From an uncultured Gammaproteobacteria bacterium (GTDB taxonomy: Bacteria; Pseudomonadota; Gammaproteobacteria; Ga0077536): a DNA stretch of 64,000 bases. The position numbers and the translations under genes were made by a program. Where the stretch lies: NCBI GenBank assembly GCA_942490995.1, contig CALOBG010000020.1, forward strand, positions 22,004-86,003. The letters run 5' to 3'. The notes beneath the pieces were generated by a model. The model saw only the letters and a program-made list of their open reading frames with translations. It did not search any database and was not told the origin of the DNA. Within the stretch, counting starts at the first letter, position 1; each line of letters begins with the position of its first letter. Positions 1 to 9,945 of the stretch are shown one piece after another.

Positions 1-1650
1 GCGCGCAGCTCGCTCGGCATCCTGATAGTCTCGCCGGACCTGACCATCATCGATGCCAATCCCTGTGCCCATGCGATCCTCGGGCACAGCCTCGATACCC
101 TGTGCGGCAACGCCTTGCGGACTATCGTCGGCCCGCAGCAGCGCGCCACCCTGGAACAACAGTTACGCGCGTTCATCACCAGCGGCGAATCGAGCCTGTC
201 GCTGGAAATCGCCTGCACGCGCGGTGGCCAGGAACCGTTCTGGGCCGAACTCGATTTCTCCGCGATCAAGGACAGCGATGGACGGGCACGCTTTCTCGCC
301 GTGATCGTGCAGGACGTCTCGCAGCGCAAGGCGCTCGCCGATGTCCTGGAACACAATGCCTCTCACGACTACCTGACCGGTCTGATCAATCGCCGCGAAT
401 TCGAACACCGCCTTGGCGAATACCTCGCTTCGGCGAGCCCGCAAGCGCCGCATGCCCTGGCTTATTTCGACCTCGACCGCTTCAAGTTGATCAACGACAC
501 CTGTGGGCACTCAACCGGCGATGCGCTGCTGCGCGTGCTCAGCGACACGCTCGCCGCGGTGGTACCGCCGGACTGTGACCTGGCGCGCATTGGCGGCGAC
601 GAATTCGGACTGCTGATCCCGGCCACTTCGATCGGCGAGGCGGATATCGTCACTCGAGCCCTGGTCGGCGCGGTCGAGAATTTTCGCTTTGAACACGAAG
701 GACGCATCCATACCATCGGCGTCAGCGCCGGCGTGGTGTTGATCCGTGGAGACGAATCGATCAGCGACGCCATGCAGAGCGCCGATGCAGCCTGCTACGC
801 GGCCAAGCGCAGCGGCCGCAATCGCATCGAGTTCTACGACATCAACCGCACGGAAATGCGCCTGCAGCGGGATCAGATCCGCGCCGCCGCACAGCTCGCC
901 AACGCGCTCAAGGAAGACCGCCTGCGACTCTACGCGCAACCGATCGCGGTCTGTGGCCAGAGCCGTCCGGGGCCGATCGTACGCTACGAACTGTTGTTAC
1001 GTATCCTCGACGAAAACGGCCGCATCACCGGACCCGGCGAGTTGCTGCCGGCGGCGGAGAAATACGGCTATGCCAACGAGGTCGACCAGTGGGTGGTGCG
1101 CAATGCGCTGGCGGCGCTTGCTCAGTACGAGTCGGACACCGGCTTCAATCTGAAATTATCGATCAACCTGTCGGCGCAATCCCTGCTCAGCAGCCAGTTC
1201 GAGGATTTCCTCGCCGACCAGTTGCGTACGCACCCGTTCAGCAGCATGTTGTGTTTCGAGATTACCGAAAACGAATTCATGTCCAATTTCGAACGCGCGA
1301 CCAGCTTTATGCAGCGCATGCACCGCATGGGCTGCCAGTTCGCGCTCGACGACTTCGGCACCGGCTTTTCGTCGTATGGCTACCTGAAATCCCTGGAACT
1401 CGACTTCCTCAAGATCGACGGCACCTTTGTCCGCAATATCGACAGCAACCCGGTCGACCGCGCCATCGTCAATTCGATCGTCGATGTCGCCCGCGCGATC
1501 AAGATGACGACCATCGCCGAATATGTCGAACGCGACGCGCAGGCTGAGATCCTGCGCGAGATCGGTGTCGACATGCTGCAGGGATACGCCATCGGCCGTG
1601 AGATGCCGCTCACCGAAGTGCTGGGTAAACACAGCAGCCGCAGCGCCTGA
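1..1650 (+). CDS. PAS-GGDEF-EAL signalling protein (diguanylate cyclase/phosphodiesterase), 5' partial
   Basis: Frame 1 is open from base 1 with a PAS-like N-terminus. GGDEF motif (RIGGDEFGLL) and EAL motif (YELLLRI) are present in the 115..1650 ORF. Confidence 0.9.
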   Translation, partial: ARSSLGILIVSPDLTIIDANPCAHAILGHSLDTLCGNALRTIVGPQQRATLEQQLRAFITSGESSLSLEIACTRGGQEPFWAELDFSAIKDSDGRARFLAVIVQDVSQRKALADVLEHNASHDYLTGLINRREFEHRLGEYLASASPQAPHALAYFDLDRFKLINDTCGHSTGDALLRVLSDTLAAVVPPDCDLARIGGDEFGLLIPATSIGEADIVTRALVGAVENFRFEHEGRIHTIGVSAGVVLIRGDESISDAMQSADAACYAAKRSGRNRIEFYDINRTEMRLQRDQIRAAAQLANALKEDRLRLYAQPIAVCGQSRPGPIVRYELLLRILDENGRITGPGELLPAAEKYGYANEVDQWVVRNALAALAQYESDTGFNLKLSINLSAQSLLSSQFEDFLADQLRTHPFSSMLCFEITENEFMSNFERATSFMQRMHRMGCQFALDDFGTGFSSYGYLKSLELDFLKIDGTFVRNIDSNPVDRAIVNSIVDVARAIKMTTIAEYVERDAQAEILREIGVDMLQGYAIGREMPLTEVLGKHSSRSA

Positions 1651-1761
1651 TCGGCGGCCCTCAGGTGGCCTGGCGATTGTGCCGACACAGCGCACCCGGC
1701 ATGCTGCGCACAGATCCGGAAGCAAATCCGGTAGCGCCGCTATGAATTCGATCGAACAGGC

Positions 1762-2133
1762 ATGGTGAAGTTTGTATTCAGCCCCGCGGGCCGCCTGCGG
1801 CGTCGCGACTACTGGTTGGCCCTGGCCGGCGCATGGCTGGTATTCGCGTTCGCGTTCATTGCCCTGGCTGCGCTCTCCACCACCCTGACACTGGTGCTGT
1901 ACCCGCCGTTTCTGTGGATCCTGTTCGCCCTGACCAGCAGGCGACTGCATGACCTGAACAAATCGGCGGCGTGGATGCTGCTGCTGGCAGTGCCGGTGAT
2001 CGGCGTTGCGTGGCTGGCAATTGACACACTTTGCCGCCGCGGCCAGGCCCTGCCCAACCGCTATGGCGATGATCCGCGCAGCGCCGGGCTCGATTACCTC
2101 AGCGTCGATATCCACCGCCACCACCAGCCGTGA
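1762..2133 (+). CDS. DUF805-family inner membrane protein
   Basis: RRDYWL motif followed by two hydrophobic helices. 4-bp overlap with the next gene. Confidence 0.65.
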   Translation: MVKFVFSPAGRLRRRDYWLALAGAWLVFAFAFIALAALSTTLTLVLYPPFLWILFALTSRRLHDLNKSAAWMLLLAVPVIGVAWLAIDTLCRRGQALPNRYGDDPRSAGLDYLSVDIHRHHQP

Positions 2134-3500
2134 ACAGGACCGAGCAGGTCGTCAACGACGTCACGGAACTCAATCCGATCGCGGTGCTGGCGGTGGCGCG
2201 CCCACGCAGCGTCGAGGAACTCCGGCAGCTGGTCCGTGCGACCAGCGCACCGCTGTCGATCGGCGGCGGACACTTTTCCATGGGCGGGCAGACCGCCAGC
2301 CCCGGCAGCGTACACATCGATATGCGCAGCCTGAATCGTGTCGTCCAGTTCACGCCGCCGAGCCGCACCATCCGCGTCGAGGCCGGTATCCGCTGGTGCG
2401 ATATTCAGCGTTTCATCGATCCGCACGGGCTGGCGCTGACGATCATGCAGACCTATGCGAATTTCACCGTCGGCGGTTCGCTCAGCGTGAATGTGCACGG
2501 ACGCTACATCGGCGCCGGCCCGCTGATCCTCGCGGTGCGCTCGCTGGCGGTGGTGCTGGTCTCCGGCGAACTCGTCGAAACCAGCCCGGATCGCGATGCC
2601 GAACTGTTCTACGCCATCATTGGCGGCTACGGTGGCCTCGGCATCATCGTCGAAGCAGAATTGCAGCTGAGCGAGAACGTGCGCGTACGGCGCGAATCGA
2701 AACTGATGCCGAGTACCGACTACGGTGAATATTTCCGCGCCCGGGTGCGTGGCGCCCGCAGCGTCGTTTTTCATAACGCCGATCTTTATCCGCCACACTA
2801 TAAACGCGTACGCGCGGTCAGTTGGGTCGAGACGGACGCCGCCCCGACCGAGCCGCAACGGCTGATGCCGCTGCGACGCCACTATCCGCTGCAGCGGTAT
2901 TTTTACTGGGCCTTTACCGAAACCCCGCTCGGCCGCTGGCGCCGCGAATACATTATCGAGCCGCTGCTTTACCTCAAGGAAAAAGTCCATTGGCGCAACT
3001 ATGAAGCCGGCTACGATGTGGCCGAGCTGGAGCCGGTGTCCCGACGCGAGCGGACTTATGTCCTGCAGGAATATTTTGTTCCGGTCGCGCGTTTCGACGA
3101 GTTTGTAGAACGCATGGGTGAGATCCTGCGGCGCCATCGCGTCAACGTCGTCAACGTATCGATACGTCATGCCGTTGCCGACCCCGGCACGGTGTTGGCG
3201 TGGGCTCGCGAAGAGGTATTCGCCTTTGTGCTGTACTACAAACAGCGCACCCGCGACAATGCGCGCGAGCGGGTCGGGGTATGGACCCGCGAACTTATCG
3301 AAGCCGTGCTCGCGGTCGAGGGCACCTACTATCTGCCCTATCAGATCCACGCCACCGCCGAGCAGTTTCATCGCGCCTACCCGCGCGCGCGAGAATATTT
3401 CGCCATGAAACACCGTCTCGATCCCGACTACCGGCTGCGCAATGGTTTGTGGGATACCTATTACGCACCCAGCCTGGAGGCCCCGGCGCATGAGGCGTGA
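2130..3500 (+). CDS. FAD-binding (PCMH-type) oxidoreductase, lactone-oxidase-like
   Basis: N-terminal FAD-binding PCMH pattern (SIGGGHFSMGGQ). Length 456 aa. Confidence 0.75.
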   Translation: MNRTEQVVNDVTELNPIAVLAVARPRSVEELRQLVRATSAPLSIGGGHFSMGGQTASPGSVHIDMRSLNRVVQFTPPSRTIRVEAGIRWCDIQRFIDPHGLALTIMQTYANFTVGGSLSVNVHGRYIGAGPLILAVRSLAVVLVSGELVETSPDRDAELFYAIIGGYGGLGIIVEAELQLSENVRVRRESKLMPSTDYGEYFRARVRGARSVVFHNADLYPPHYKRVRAVSWVETDAAPTEPQRLMPLRRHYPLQRYFYWAFTETPLGRWRREYIIEPLLYLKEKVHWRNYEAGYDVAELEPVSRRERTYVLQEYFVPVARFDEFVERMGEILRRHRVNVVNVSIRHAVADPGTVLAWAREEVFAFVLYYKQRTRDNARERVGVWTRELIEAVLAVEGTYYLPYQIHATAEQFHRAYPRAREYFAMKHRLDPDYRLRNGLWDTYYAPSLEAPAHEA

Positions 3501-4347
3501 GGGAGAATTTCACCGCGTATACGACGACGGCGCCAGCGCCGATCGCTTTTACCTGTTTTTGCAGAATGTATTTCACCTTTATGCCGAAGATCGCCTGCAT
3601 ACCCTGATCAAACACTGCTGCGACCAGTTTGCCGACGACGAAAGCATTTACCGGGAGATCCAGCGCCAGTTGCCCGACATCACGCCGACCCTGCAGCCAC
3701 TGACTTATGCGCTGCCGGCGCTGGCCAGGCAGAAGCGTGAAATGCGCGATCAGACCCTCAGACTGCTGCAACCACGGCGTGGTTTCGACGGCTATGTCGA
3801 AATCGGATCGAGCGGACGCTACGTCGGCGCGCTGCGTAAAGCGCTCGACGTGCGCGAACCGGTCATGCTCGTCAATGACCTCGCGCCGGGTTACTCGCCC
3901 GTCGACCTGATGGAACGCGGGGGCCTGCGCAAAGTTGGCACCTACGTACCGCTCAACGACTATGCGCCATTATCCGCGCAGGCGGTCCCGGACCACAGCG
4001 TCGACCTGGTCAGCTGTTACATCGGCCTGCACCATGCGAGCGCGGCGAACCTCGACGGATTTACCGCTTCGATTGCGCGCGTGCTGCGTCCCGGCGGCGT
4101 GTTTATCCTGCGTGATCACGATGTGCGGGATCTCGCTATGGACGCCTTTGTCTCGCTCGTGCATACCGTCTTCAACGCCGGCCTGGGCGTACCCTGGGCC
4201 GACAACGCCGCGGAAATCCGCCGCTTCCGCGGCATCGCCGAATGGGTCGAGTACCTGGACGAATTCGGCCTCGCCGCCGGCGACGCCAGGCTTACGCAAC
4301 AGCACGACCCGTCGAACAATATTCTGATCGCCTGTCAGCGCGCGTAG
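3490..4347 (+). CDS. Class I SAM-dependent methyltransferase-like protein
   Basis: VEIGSSGRYVG (motif I-like), DLVSCYIGLHH and LRPGGVFIL motifs. Start chosen at the ATG that overlaps the upstream stop by 11 bp; the ORF opens at 3442. Confidence 0.55.
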   Translation: MRREGEFHRVYDDGASADRFYLFLQNVFHLYAEDRLHTLIKHCCDQFADDESIYREIQRQLPDITPTLQPLTYALPALARQKREMRDQTLRLLQPRRGFDGYVEIGSSGRYVGALRKALDVREPVMLVNDLAPGYSPVDLMERGGLRKVGTYVPLNDYAPLSAQAVPDHSVDLVSCYIGLHHASAANLDGFTASIARVLRPGGVFILRDHDVRDLAMDAFVSLVHTVFNAGLGVPWADNAAEIRRFRGIAEWVEYLDEFGLAAGDARLTQQHDPSNNILIACQRA

Positions 4348-5394
4348 ATGCCCATGAAAGCGCCCTTGATCGCGACCCTCGTCCTGACCCTCGGACTACT
4401 GACTGGCGCCGGGGCTACGGCCGAGACCCTGGTCATCGCCGATGCGGACCGACGACCCGCCGAGCAGACCTACCTGACCGTGCCGGAATGGTTCCTGGTT
4501 TTCAGTCCCGAGGAATACGCAAGCTACCTGGGATCCGGTGCGGCGCCGAGCGAATTCCCCTTCTGGGGTCATATCCGCCAGTTCTGGCGCAGCTATGCCG
4601 CGGTCAGCGCGGCCAGCGCCGAGCACTACCCGATCAACTGGGGCTATCACGTCATGGTTCTGGTCATCGGCACCAGCACCACGCTGGAATACGGACTCAA
4701 GTCGGCCTACGAAATCCTCATCGGCCGCCTCGCCGAACTGACCCGCCGTGGCCCCGCGGTGGCCGAAGAGCGGCTCGCCGCCGAGGTCGCGCGCGATTAC
4801 GTCAGTTTCATCCTGACCGCGCCGTGGTACGAATTCGATTTCGCCGCGCGCCTCGAGGAACTGTGGCGCACTACGCCCTGGTGGGGCGCCGACCCGGTGC
4901 GCAAATGGGAACGTCGCTATGTTCTCACCAGCGAGTACGCCGCCAAGGCGGCGTATGCCTGGCTCATCGGTACCCTGACCCGCCTCGGCTATGCGCCACC
5001 CTCACCGCACACCGCTGTGATCGTACGCGACATGCCGGCAGTCGCGACCCGACTGCTGCCGCAACTCGAGGTACTTCGCGAGGACGGCGCGGGACGCAGC
5101 CTGATCCGCGTGCCGCGCTACGCGCCGTTCGCCAGCCATGCCCGCAAGCTCGCCCAGCTCGGCGCCGAGTTCGAAAATATCGCCGGTAATCGTGGCGCGA
5201 TCCTGGTCAGTGTCTTACACCGCGATGCGGACCTCGCGCAGCGCTACGCGGCGCGCACCCTGTATACCCAGCCGATCCTGACGCGCACCGGCGTGTCGCG
5301 CCTGGTGCTGGTTATCGAGGTGCCGGAACTGGCGACAACGCTGCGCGACCTGGAACGCGCCGGGGTCGAGATCGAGCATATTTATGATTACTAG
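4348..5394 (+). CDS. Secreted hypothetical protein (signal peptide)
   Basis: N-terminal signal peptide MPMKAPLIATLVLTLGLLTGAGATA. Directly abuts the methyltransferase-like gene. No recognisable domain. Confidence 0.55.
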   Translation: MPMKAPLIATLVLTLGLLTGAGATAETLVIADADRRPAEQTYLTVPEWFLVFSPEEYASYLGSGAAPSEFPFWGHIRQFWRSYAAVSAASAEHYPINWGYHVMVLVIGTSTTLEYGLKSAYEILIGRLAELTRRGPAVAEERLAAEVARDYVSFILTAPWYEFDFAARLEELWRTTPWWGADPVRKWERRYVLTSEYAAKAAYAWLIGTLTRLGYAPPSPHTAVIVRDMPAVATRLLPQLEVLREDGAGRSLIRVPRYAPFASHARKLAQLGAEFENIAGNRGAILVSVLHRDADLAQRYAARTLYTQPILTRTGVSRLVLVIEVPELATTLRDLERAGVEIEHIYDY

Positions 5395-5403
5395 AGAAAT
5401 CTT

Positions 5404-6312
5404 ATGAGCGTACCAAAACCCGCCCTCAGCCTTGCCGCCGTTCCCGGCCGACGGCGCCGTACGCTCGAACTGGCGCAGGAGATCGAAGCCCGCGGTTATG
5501 CCGGGATCTACTGCCCGAGCTTCGGCGATGGCCTGGCGCTATGTGAAGCGATTGCCTTGTCGACCAGCCACATCCCTTTCGGTACCAGTATTACCCCGAT
5601 CTACTACCGCCAGGTCGAGGATTACGCGCAGACGATTGCCTTTATCAACGAAATCGCACCGCAGCGTTTCCGTTTCGGCATCGGCGTCGCGCACGCCCCG
5701 GCGCTCGCCACGCGCGGCATCAGTGCCGGCCGGCCGCTGGCCGATACGCGCGATTTTGTCGCCCGCCTGCGCGCCGTACCGCGCGTCGGCGAACTGCCGC
5801 CGCTGACCCTGGCGGCGCTGCGTCGCAAGATGATCGCGCTGGCGGCCGAAATCGGTTCCGGGCTGGTGTTTGCCAATGCCGCGCGCAGTCACATGGCGTT
5901 TTCACTGCAGGCGCTGCCACCGACGGCGCAACGCGGCGAAGACTTTTTTATCGGCAACATGATCCCGACCTGCGTGGCCGATGATCTCGAAGCGGCGCGC
6001 GCGGTCAACCGCAAGACGCTGTCCAGTTACGCGTTGTTGCCGAACTATCGCAACTACTGGCGCGAAGCCGGTTATGGCGCAGAAATGGACGCTGTCGAGC
6101 GCTGCATCGCCGACCAGGCGGTCGAGCGCGTCGCCGCCTGCCTGTCCGATCAATGGCTCGACGACACCACCCTCGCCGGGCCGCCACAACGTATTCGGGA
6201 CGAGCTCGAACGCTGGTACGCGGCCGGTGTCAGCACCCCGATCCTGGTACCGAGTTCCGCTCACGGCGGGCAGTTGCAGGCCTTTGAGGAACTGTTCGCG
6301 GTGTTTGACTGA
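5404..6312 (+). CDS. LLM-class (luciferase-like) flavin-dependent oxidoreductase
   Basis: Typical luciferase-like monooxygenase N-terminus (LELAQEIEARGYAGIYCPSFGDG) and TIM-barrel-like length. Confidence 0.8.
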   Translation: MSVPKPALSLAAVPGRRRRTLELAQEIEARGYAGIYCPSFGDGLALCEAIALSTSHIPFGTSITPIYYRQVEDYAQTIAFINEIAPQRFRFGIGVAHAPALATRGISAGRPLADTRDFVARLRAVPRVGELPPLTLAALRRKMIALAAEIGSGLVFANAARSHMAFSLQALPPTAQRGEDFFIGNMIPTCVADDLEAARAVNRKTLSSYALLPNYRNYWREAGYGAEMDAVERCIADQAVERVAACLSDQWLDDTTLAGPPQRIRDELERWYAAGVSTPILVPSSAHGGQLQAFEELFAVFD

Positions 6313-6399
6313 GACGTTCGGCTCGTCCCATTGCGGGGTGTGCCGGAGTTCTGATTAAATAAAATTGCGCTCTGGCATCAGTACTCTCGGGAGTCTCCA

Positions 6400-7302
6400 A
6401 TGTTGGTTGACGGCACACCGATCCAGCTCGGCTACCTCGGACTCGGCGTCAGTGACCTCGCCGTGTGGTCGGATTTCGCGCAGCGCATACTCGGCCTGGA
6501 GCTCATGCCGGCCGAAGACAGCGGTGACCTCATGCTGCGCATGGATGACCATTATTATCGCTTTATCCTGAGCCCCGACGATCGCGACGATCTTATCCTG
6601 ATCGGTTGGGAAGTCGCCGACGAAATGAACCTCGATGCGCTGGTAGCGCGCCTGGCCGCTGCAAGAATAAAGTATCGCGAAGGCGATGAGGAGACCTGTA
6701 AACGACGACGCGTGGTGCGCCTGATTGAATTCCAGGATCCGAACGGGATCGCCAGCGAAGCCTACTGCGGACCATCGATCGACCGCGCTCACCCGTTTCA
6801 TTCGCCGCGTCCGCTTTCCGGTTTTGTCGCCGGCACGCGCGGTCTCGGCCACATCACGATGACAGTCGACTCTCTTGCCGACAATCTGCACTTCTATCGC
6901 GACGTGCTCGGCTTCCGCATGAGCGACTGGATCCGCCCACAACCCGAGCGTGGCGTTGATTCCGGCCTCAACCTCGCTTTTCTACACTGTAATCCGCGCC
7001 ATCATTCGATTGCGTTCTGGGAAGGCAAGATGCCTAAACGCCTGCATCACTTCATGCTCCAGGTTAACGAACTCGATGACGTCGGTACGACTTACTACCT
7101 GTGTCAGAACAACCACGTTCCCATCGATCTGACCCTGGGCCGCCATACCAACGATTTAATGCTGTCGTTCTACATGAAATCGCCAGCCGGATTTGATGTC
7201 GAGTTCGGCTGGGGCGCAGTCGAAATCGATGACGCCAATTGGACGGTTCAACTGCACACCAATGGCTCGAGCTGGGGACACCTGCCGAGCGAACCGAACT
7301 GA
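6400..7302 (+). CDS. Extradiol ring-cleavage dioxygenase, VOC superfamily (BphC/catechol 2,3-dioxygenase-like)
   Basis: Two-domain VOC protein of 300 aa. N-terminus resembles 2,3-dihydroxybiphenyl dioxygenases. RBS GGGAG upstream. Confidence 0.85.
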   Translation: MLVDGTPIQLGYLGLGVSDLAVWSDFAQRILGLELMPAEDSGDLMLRMDDHYYRFILSPDDRDDLILIGWEVADEMNLDALVARLAAARIKYREGDEETCKRRRVVRLIEFQDPNGIASEAYCGPSIDRAHPFHSPRPLSGFVAGTRGLGHITMTVDSLADNLHFYRDVLGFRMSDWIRPQPERGVDSGLNLAFLHCNPRHHSIAFWEGKMPKRLHHFMLQVNELDDVGTTYYLCQNNHVPIDLTLGRHTNDLMLSFYMKSPAGFDVEFGWGAVEIDDANWTVQLHTNGSSWGHLPSEPN

Positions 7303-7312
7303 GTGGAGACGA

Positions 7313-8569
7313 GTGATCGATTTTGCGACGCTCGTTGACCTCGAACGCTGCACGGTCAGCCCGCGCGTGTTCAGTGACCAGGATGTCTACGATGCGGAGA
7401 TCGAAAAGATTTTCACGCACAGCTGGCTGTTTGTCGGACACGTCAGCCAGATCCCCGAACCAGACAACTATCTGACCACCTTCATGGGCGCCGAGCCCGT
7501 ACTGCTTACTCGCGACAGCCACAACCAGGTGCGCGTATTCATAAACTCCTGCCGCCATCGAGGCATGCGGGTCTGTCGTCGCGACCACGGCAATACGAAA
7601 CTGTTCACCTGTCCATACCACGGCTGGGCCTACGACACCGGCGGGCGCCTGCGGGGAGTCCCGCAGATCGACACCGCCTACCACAACGAGCTCAATCGCG
7701 ATGAGTGGGGGCTGATCGAAGTCCCCAGGGTCGAAACGTTTCGCGGTCTGGTGTTCGCGAATTTCGACCGCGAAGCCGACAAGCTTGCCGACTACCTTGG
7801 CGATATGGCGTGGTACCTCGACATCGTACTCAATCGTTCCCGCAGCGGTATGACCGCGTTTCCGGGTTGTCATCGCTGGCGTCTCGGCGGTAACTGGAAG
7901 CTGGCTGCGGAACAGTTTGGCGGCGACAACTACCATACCGGCGCACTGCACCGTTCCATGACCCAAATCGGCCTCGGGCCACAGGGGGATTACCGCGGCA
8001 ACAGCCCGTGGGTGCGTGACTTCGAAGTTAAATGCGGAAACGGCCACGGCTGGATCAATTTCGATGTCGACGTCGGTGCCGCGCCGCCTGCACAAGCGAA
8101 GTTCTTTGAGCAACTGCGGCGCGAGGCACGCGAGACCCTGACGCCGGCGCAGTCCGAGCTGATCCTGACCGTGCACGTTGGGACGGTATTTCCAAACATG
8201 TCAATCCTGTCATTCATGGGCTTTACCACGGTGCGCGTCTGGCATCCGCGTGGCCCGCGCGAAATTCACGTCCATTCCTACGGCCTGGTTGAACGCGACG
8301 CGCCGGACGAAGTGCGCGACATCACGCGTAAGGCCATGGGATTGACGTTTTCACCATCCGGGATCTTTGAACAGGACGACGGCGTGGCATGGGGCGACAT
8401 CGCCGATTTTCAGGGCGGCCCGGTGCGCGGCCAGTACCCGCTCAACTACCAGATGGGTCGCGGCCATGGCCGCCGCATGGACGACAAGCCTGGCCTCATC
8501 CATCCACCCTCGACTGAGATCGGCGTGTTCGGGTTGTATGAGAAATGGCGCGAGATGATGAGCAGATGA
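7313..8569 (+). CDS. Aromatic ring-hydroxylating dioxygenase, large (alpha) subunit
   Basis: Rieske motif CRHRG...CPYHGW. GTG start at 7313 preceded by GGAG; the longer ORF from 7193 would overlap the upstream gene. Confidence 0.9.
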   Translation: MIDFATLVDLERCTVSPRVFSDQDVYDAEIEKIFTHSWLFVGHVSQIPEPDNYLTTFMGAEPVLLTRDSHNQVRVFINSCRHRGMRVCRRDHGNTKLFTCPYHGWAYDTGGRLRGVPQIDTAYHNELNRDEWGLIEVPRVETFRGLVFANFDREADKLADYLGDMAWYLDIVLNRSRSGMTAFPGCHRWRLGGNWKLAAEQFGGDNYHTGALHRSMTQIGLGPQGDYRGNSPWVRDFEVKCGNGHGWINFDVDVGAAPPAQAKFFEQLRREARETLTPAQSELILTVHVGTVFPNMSILSFMGFTTVRVWHPRGPREIHVHSYGLVERDAPDEVRDITRKAMGLTFSPSGIFEQDDGVAWGDIADFQGGPVRGQYPLNYQMGRGHGRRMDDKPGLIHPPSTEIGVFGLYEKWREMMSR

Positions 8570-9060
8570 GCAGCGGCCTGCGTCACGAACTCGAATCCGT
8601 GCTGATCGATGAGTACTGGTTGCTTGACAATAGCCGATTCGAGGACTGGCTCGATCTGATGAGCGACGACATCCGCTACTGGGCGCCAGTGCGCGAGAAC
8701 CTCGGCCGCGACGAAGAATGCTTTGAACAGCGCGACCTGCTGACCCATTTTGACGAAGATCGGACCACCATGGGTCTGCGTGTCGCACGTCTGCGCACCG
8801 GTTCGGCCCACGCCGAAGAACCCCCGTCGCGTACCCGCCACTGTGTATCCAATGTAAAAATTGTCAGCGAGCGTGAGGGCGGAATGGTCGAAGTGGCCTC
8901 CAACTTCATGATCTTCCGCAGCCGGCCCGGACATGAGGAGCATTGGTTCGTCGGCGGCCGCCGTGATCACTGGCAGCGTTTGAACGATGCGTGGCGACTC
9001 AAACAGCGCATGATCGTTTTTGATCACGACATCATCGAGAACATCACTGTGTTTATCTAA
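8566..9060 (+). CDS. Aromatic ring-hydroxylating dioxygenase, small (beta) subunit
   Basis: ATGA start/stop overlap with the alpha subunit. SnoaL/NTF2-like beta-subunit sequence (LIDEYWLLDNSRFEDWLDL). Confidence 0.85.
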   Translation: MSSGLRHELESVLIDEYWLLDNSRFEDWLDLMSDDIRYWAPVRENLGRDEECFEQRDLLTHFDEDRTTMGLRVARLRTGSAHAEEPPSRTRHCVSNVKIVSEREGGMVEVASNFMIFRSRPGHEEHWFVGGRRDHWQRLNDAWRLKQRMIVFDHDIIENITVFI

Positions 9061-9073
9061 GGGTGACCCGACC

Positions 9074-9883
9074 ATGAACAAACTGTCTCAGGCCCTGTTC
9101 GATCTCAGCGGACGGGTCGCGATTGTTACCGGTGGTGCGCAGGGTATCGGTCGAGGCATCGCCGAAAATCTCGCCCTGGCCGGGGCGAGCGTGGTCGTCG
9201 CCGACATCGATGCGGCGGCCAACGACGCTTGCGCAAACGCTATCAATGGCGCCGGTGGTCGGGCGCTGGCAGTAAGGTGCGACGTCGCTGATGAGCAGGC
9301 TATCCAGACGCTGGTGACAGCCACGGTGTCGCATTTCGGCGCCCTCGACATCGTGGTCAATAACGCCGCGATCTACCCGATGTCGCCGATCGCCGAAATG
9401 CCGACGGCGTTGTGGGACCAGGTACTGGGAGTCAACCTGCGCGGGGCGTTCCTGCTCACACGTGAAGCCATGCCCCTCCTCAAGCGCGCCGGGCAGCGCG
9501 GCAGGCTGATCAACATTTCTTCCATCGATACATGGAAAAGCTACGTCGGCATGGGTCATTACGACGCCAGCAAGGGCGGCATAGAGGCGTTCACCCGCTC
9601 ATGTGCCCTGGAATTGGCAGAGTTCGGCGTGACTGCCAATGTGATCGCACCCGGTGCGGTCAAGACTCCAGGCTCACTTACGGTGCGCGGCAATCTCGCC
9701 CGCCAACGCGGCGATTCCAACACAGACGCAGTTGATGCCGAGTTCGCGACCCGTATTCCGCTCGGCGCATGGGCCAGCGGCGACGATATCGGTCAGGCTA
9801 CGGTACTCCTGGCAACGCCAGCCGCGCATTACATAACCGGCCAGACCTTGTACGTCGACGGCGGTCTGAAACTCACGATGTGA
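9074..9883 (+). CDS. SDR-family dehydrogenase (cis-dihydrodiol dehydrogenase-like)
   Basis: TGGAQGIGRG Rossmann motif and NNAA motif. Lies immediately downstream of the dioxygenase subunits. Confidence 0.85.
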   Translation: MNKLSQALFDLSGRVAIVTGGAQGIGRGIAENLALAGASVVVADIDAAANDACANAINGAGGRALAVRCDVADEQAIQTLVTATVSHFGALDIVVNNAAIYPMSPIAEMPTALWDQVLGVNLRGAFLLTREAMPLLKRAGQRGRLINISSIDTWKSYVGMGHYDASKGGIEAFTRSCALELAEFGVTANVIAPGAVKTPGSLTVRGNLARQRGDSNTDAVDAEFATRIPLGAWASGDDIGQATVLLATPAAHYITGQTLYVDGGLKLTM

Positions 9884-9945
9884 CGGGAAGGCGACGTTGC
9901 CTGAGTAGCGAGTTGCTGAAAAACATCCGAAATTAGGATCAACTT

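Noticed and set aside
1156-3491. Long minus-strand ORFs (1156..2124 and 2094..3491)
   Set aside because: Antisense to the EAL domain and the FAD oxidase. No motifs, Arg/Ala-rich.
7064-8176. 370-aa minus-strand ORF
   Set aside because: Antisense to the Rieske alpha subunit.
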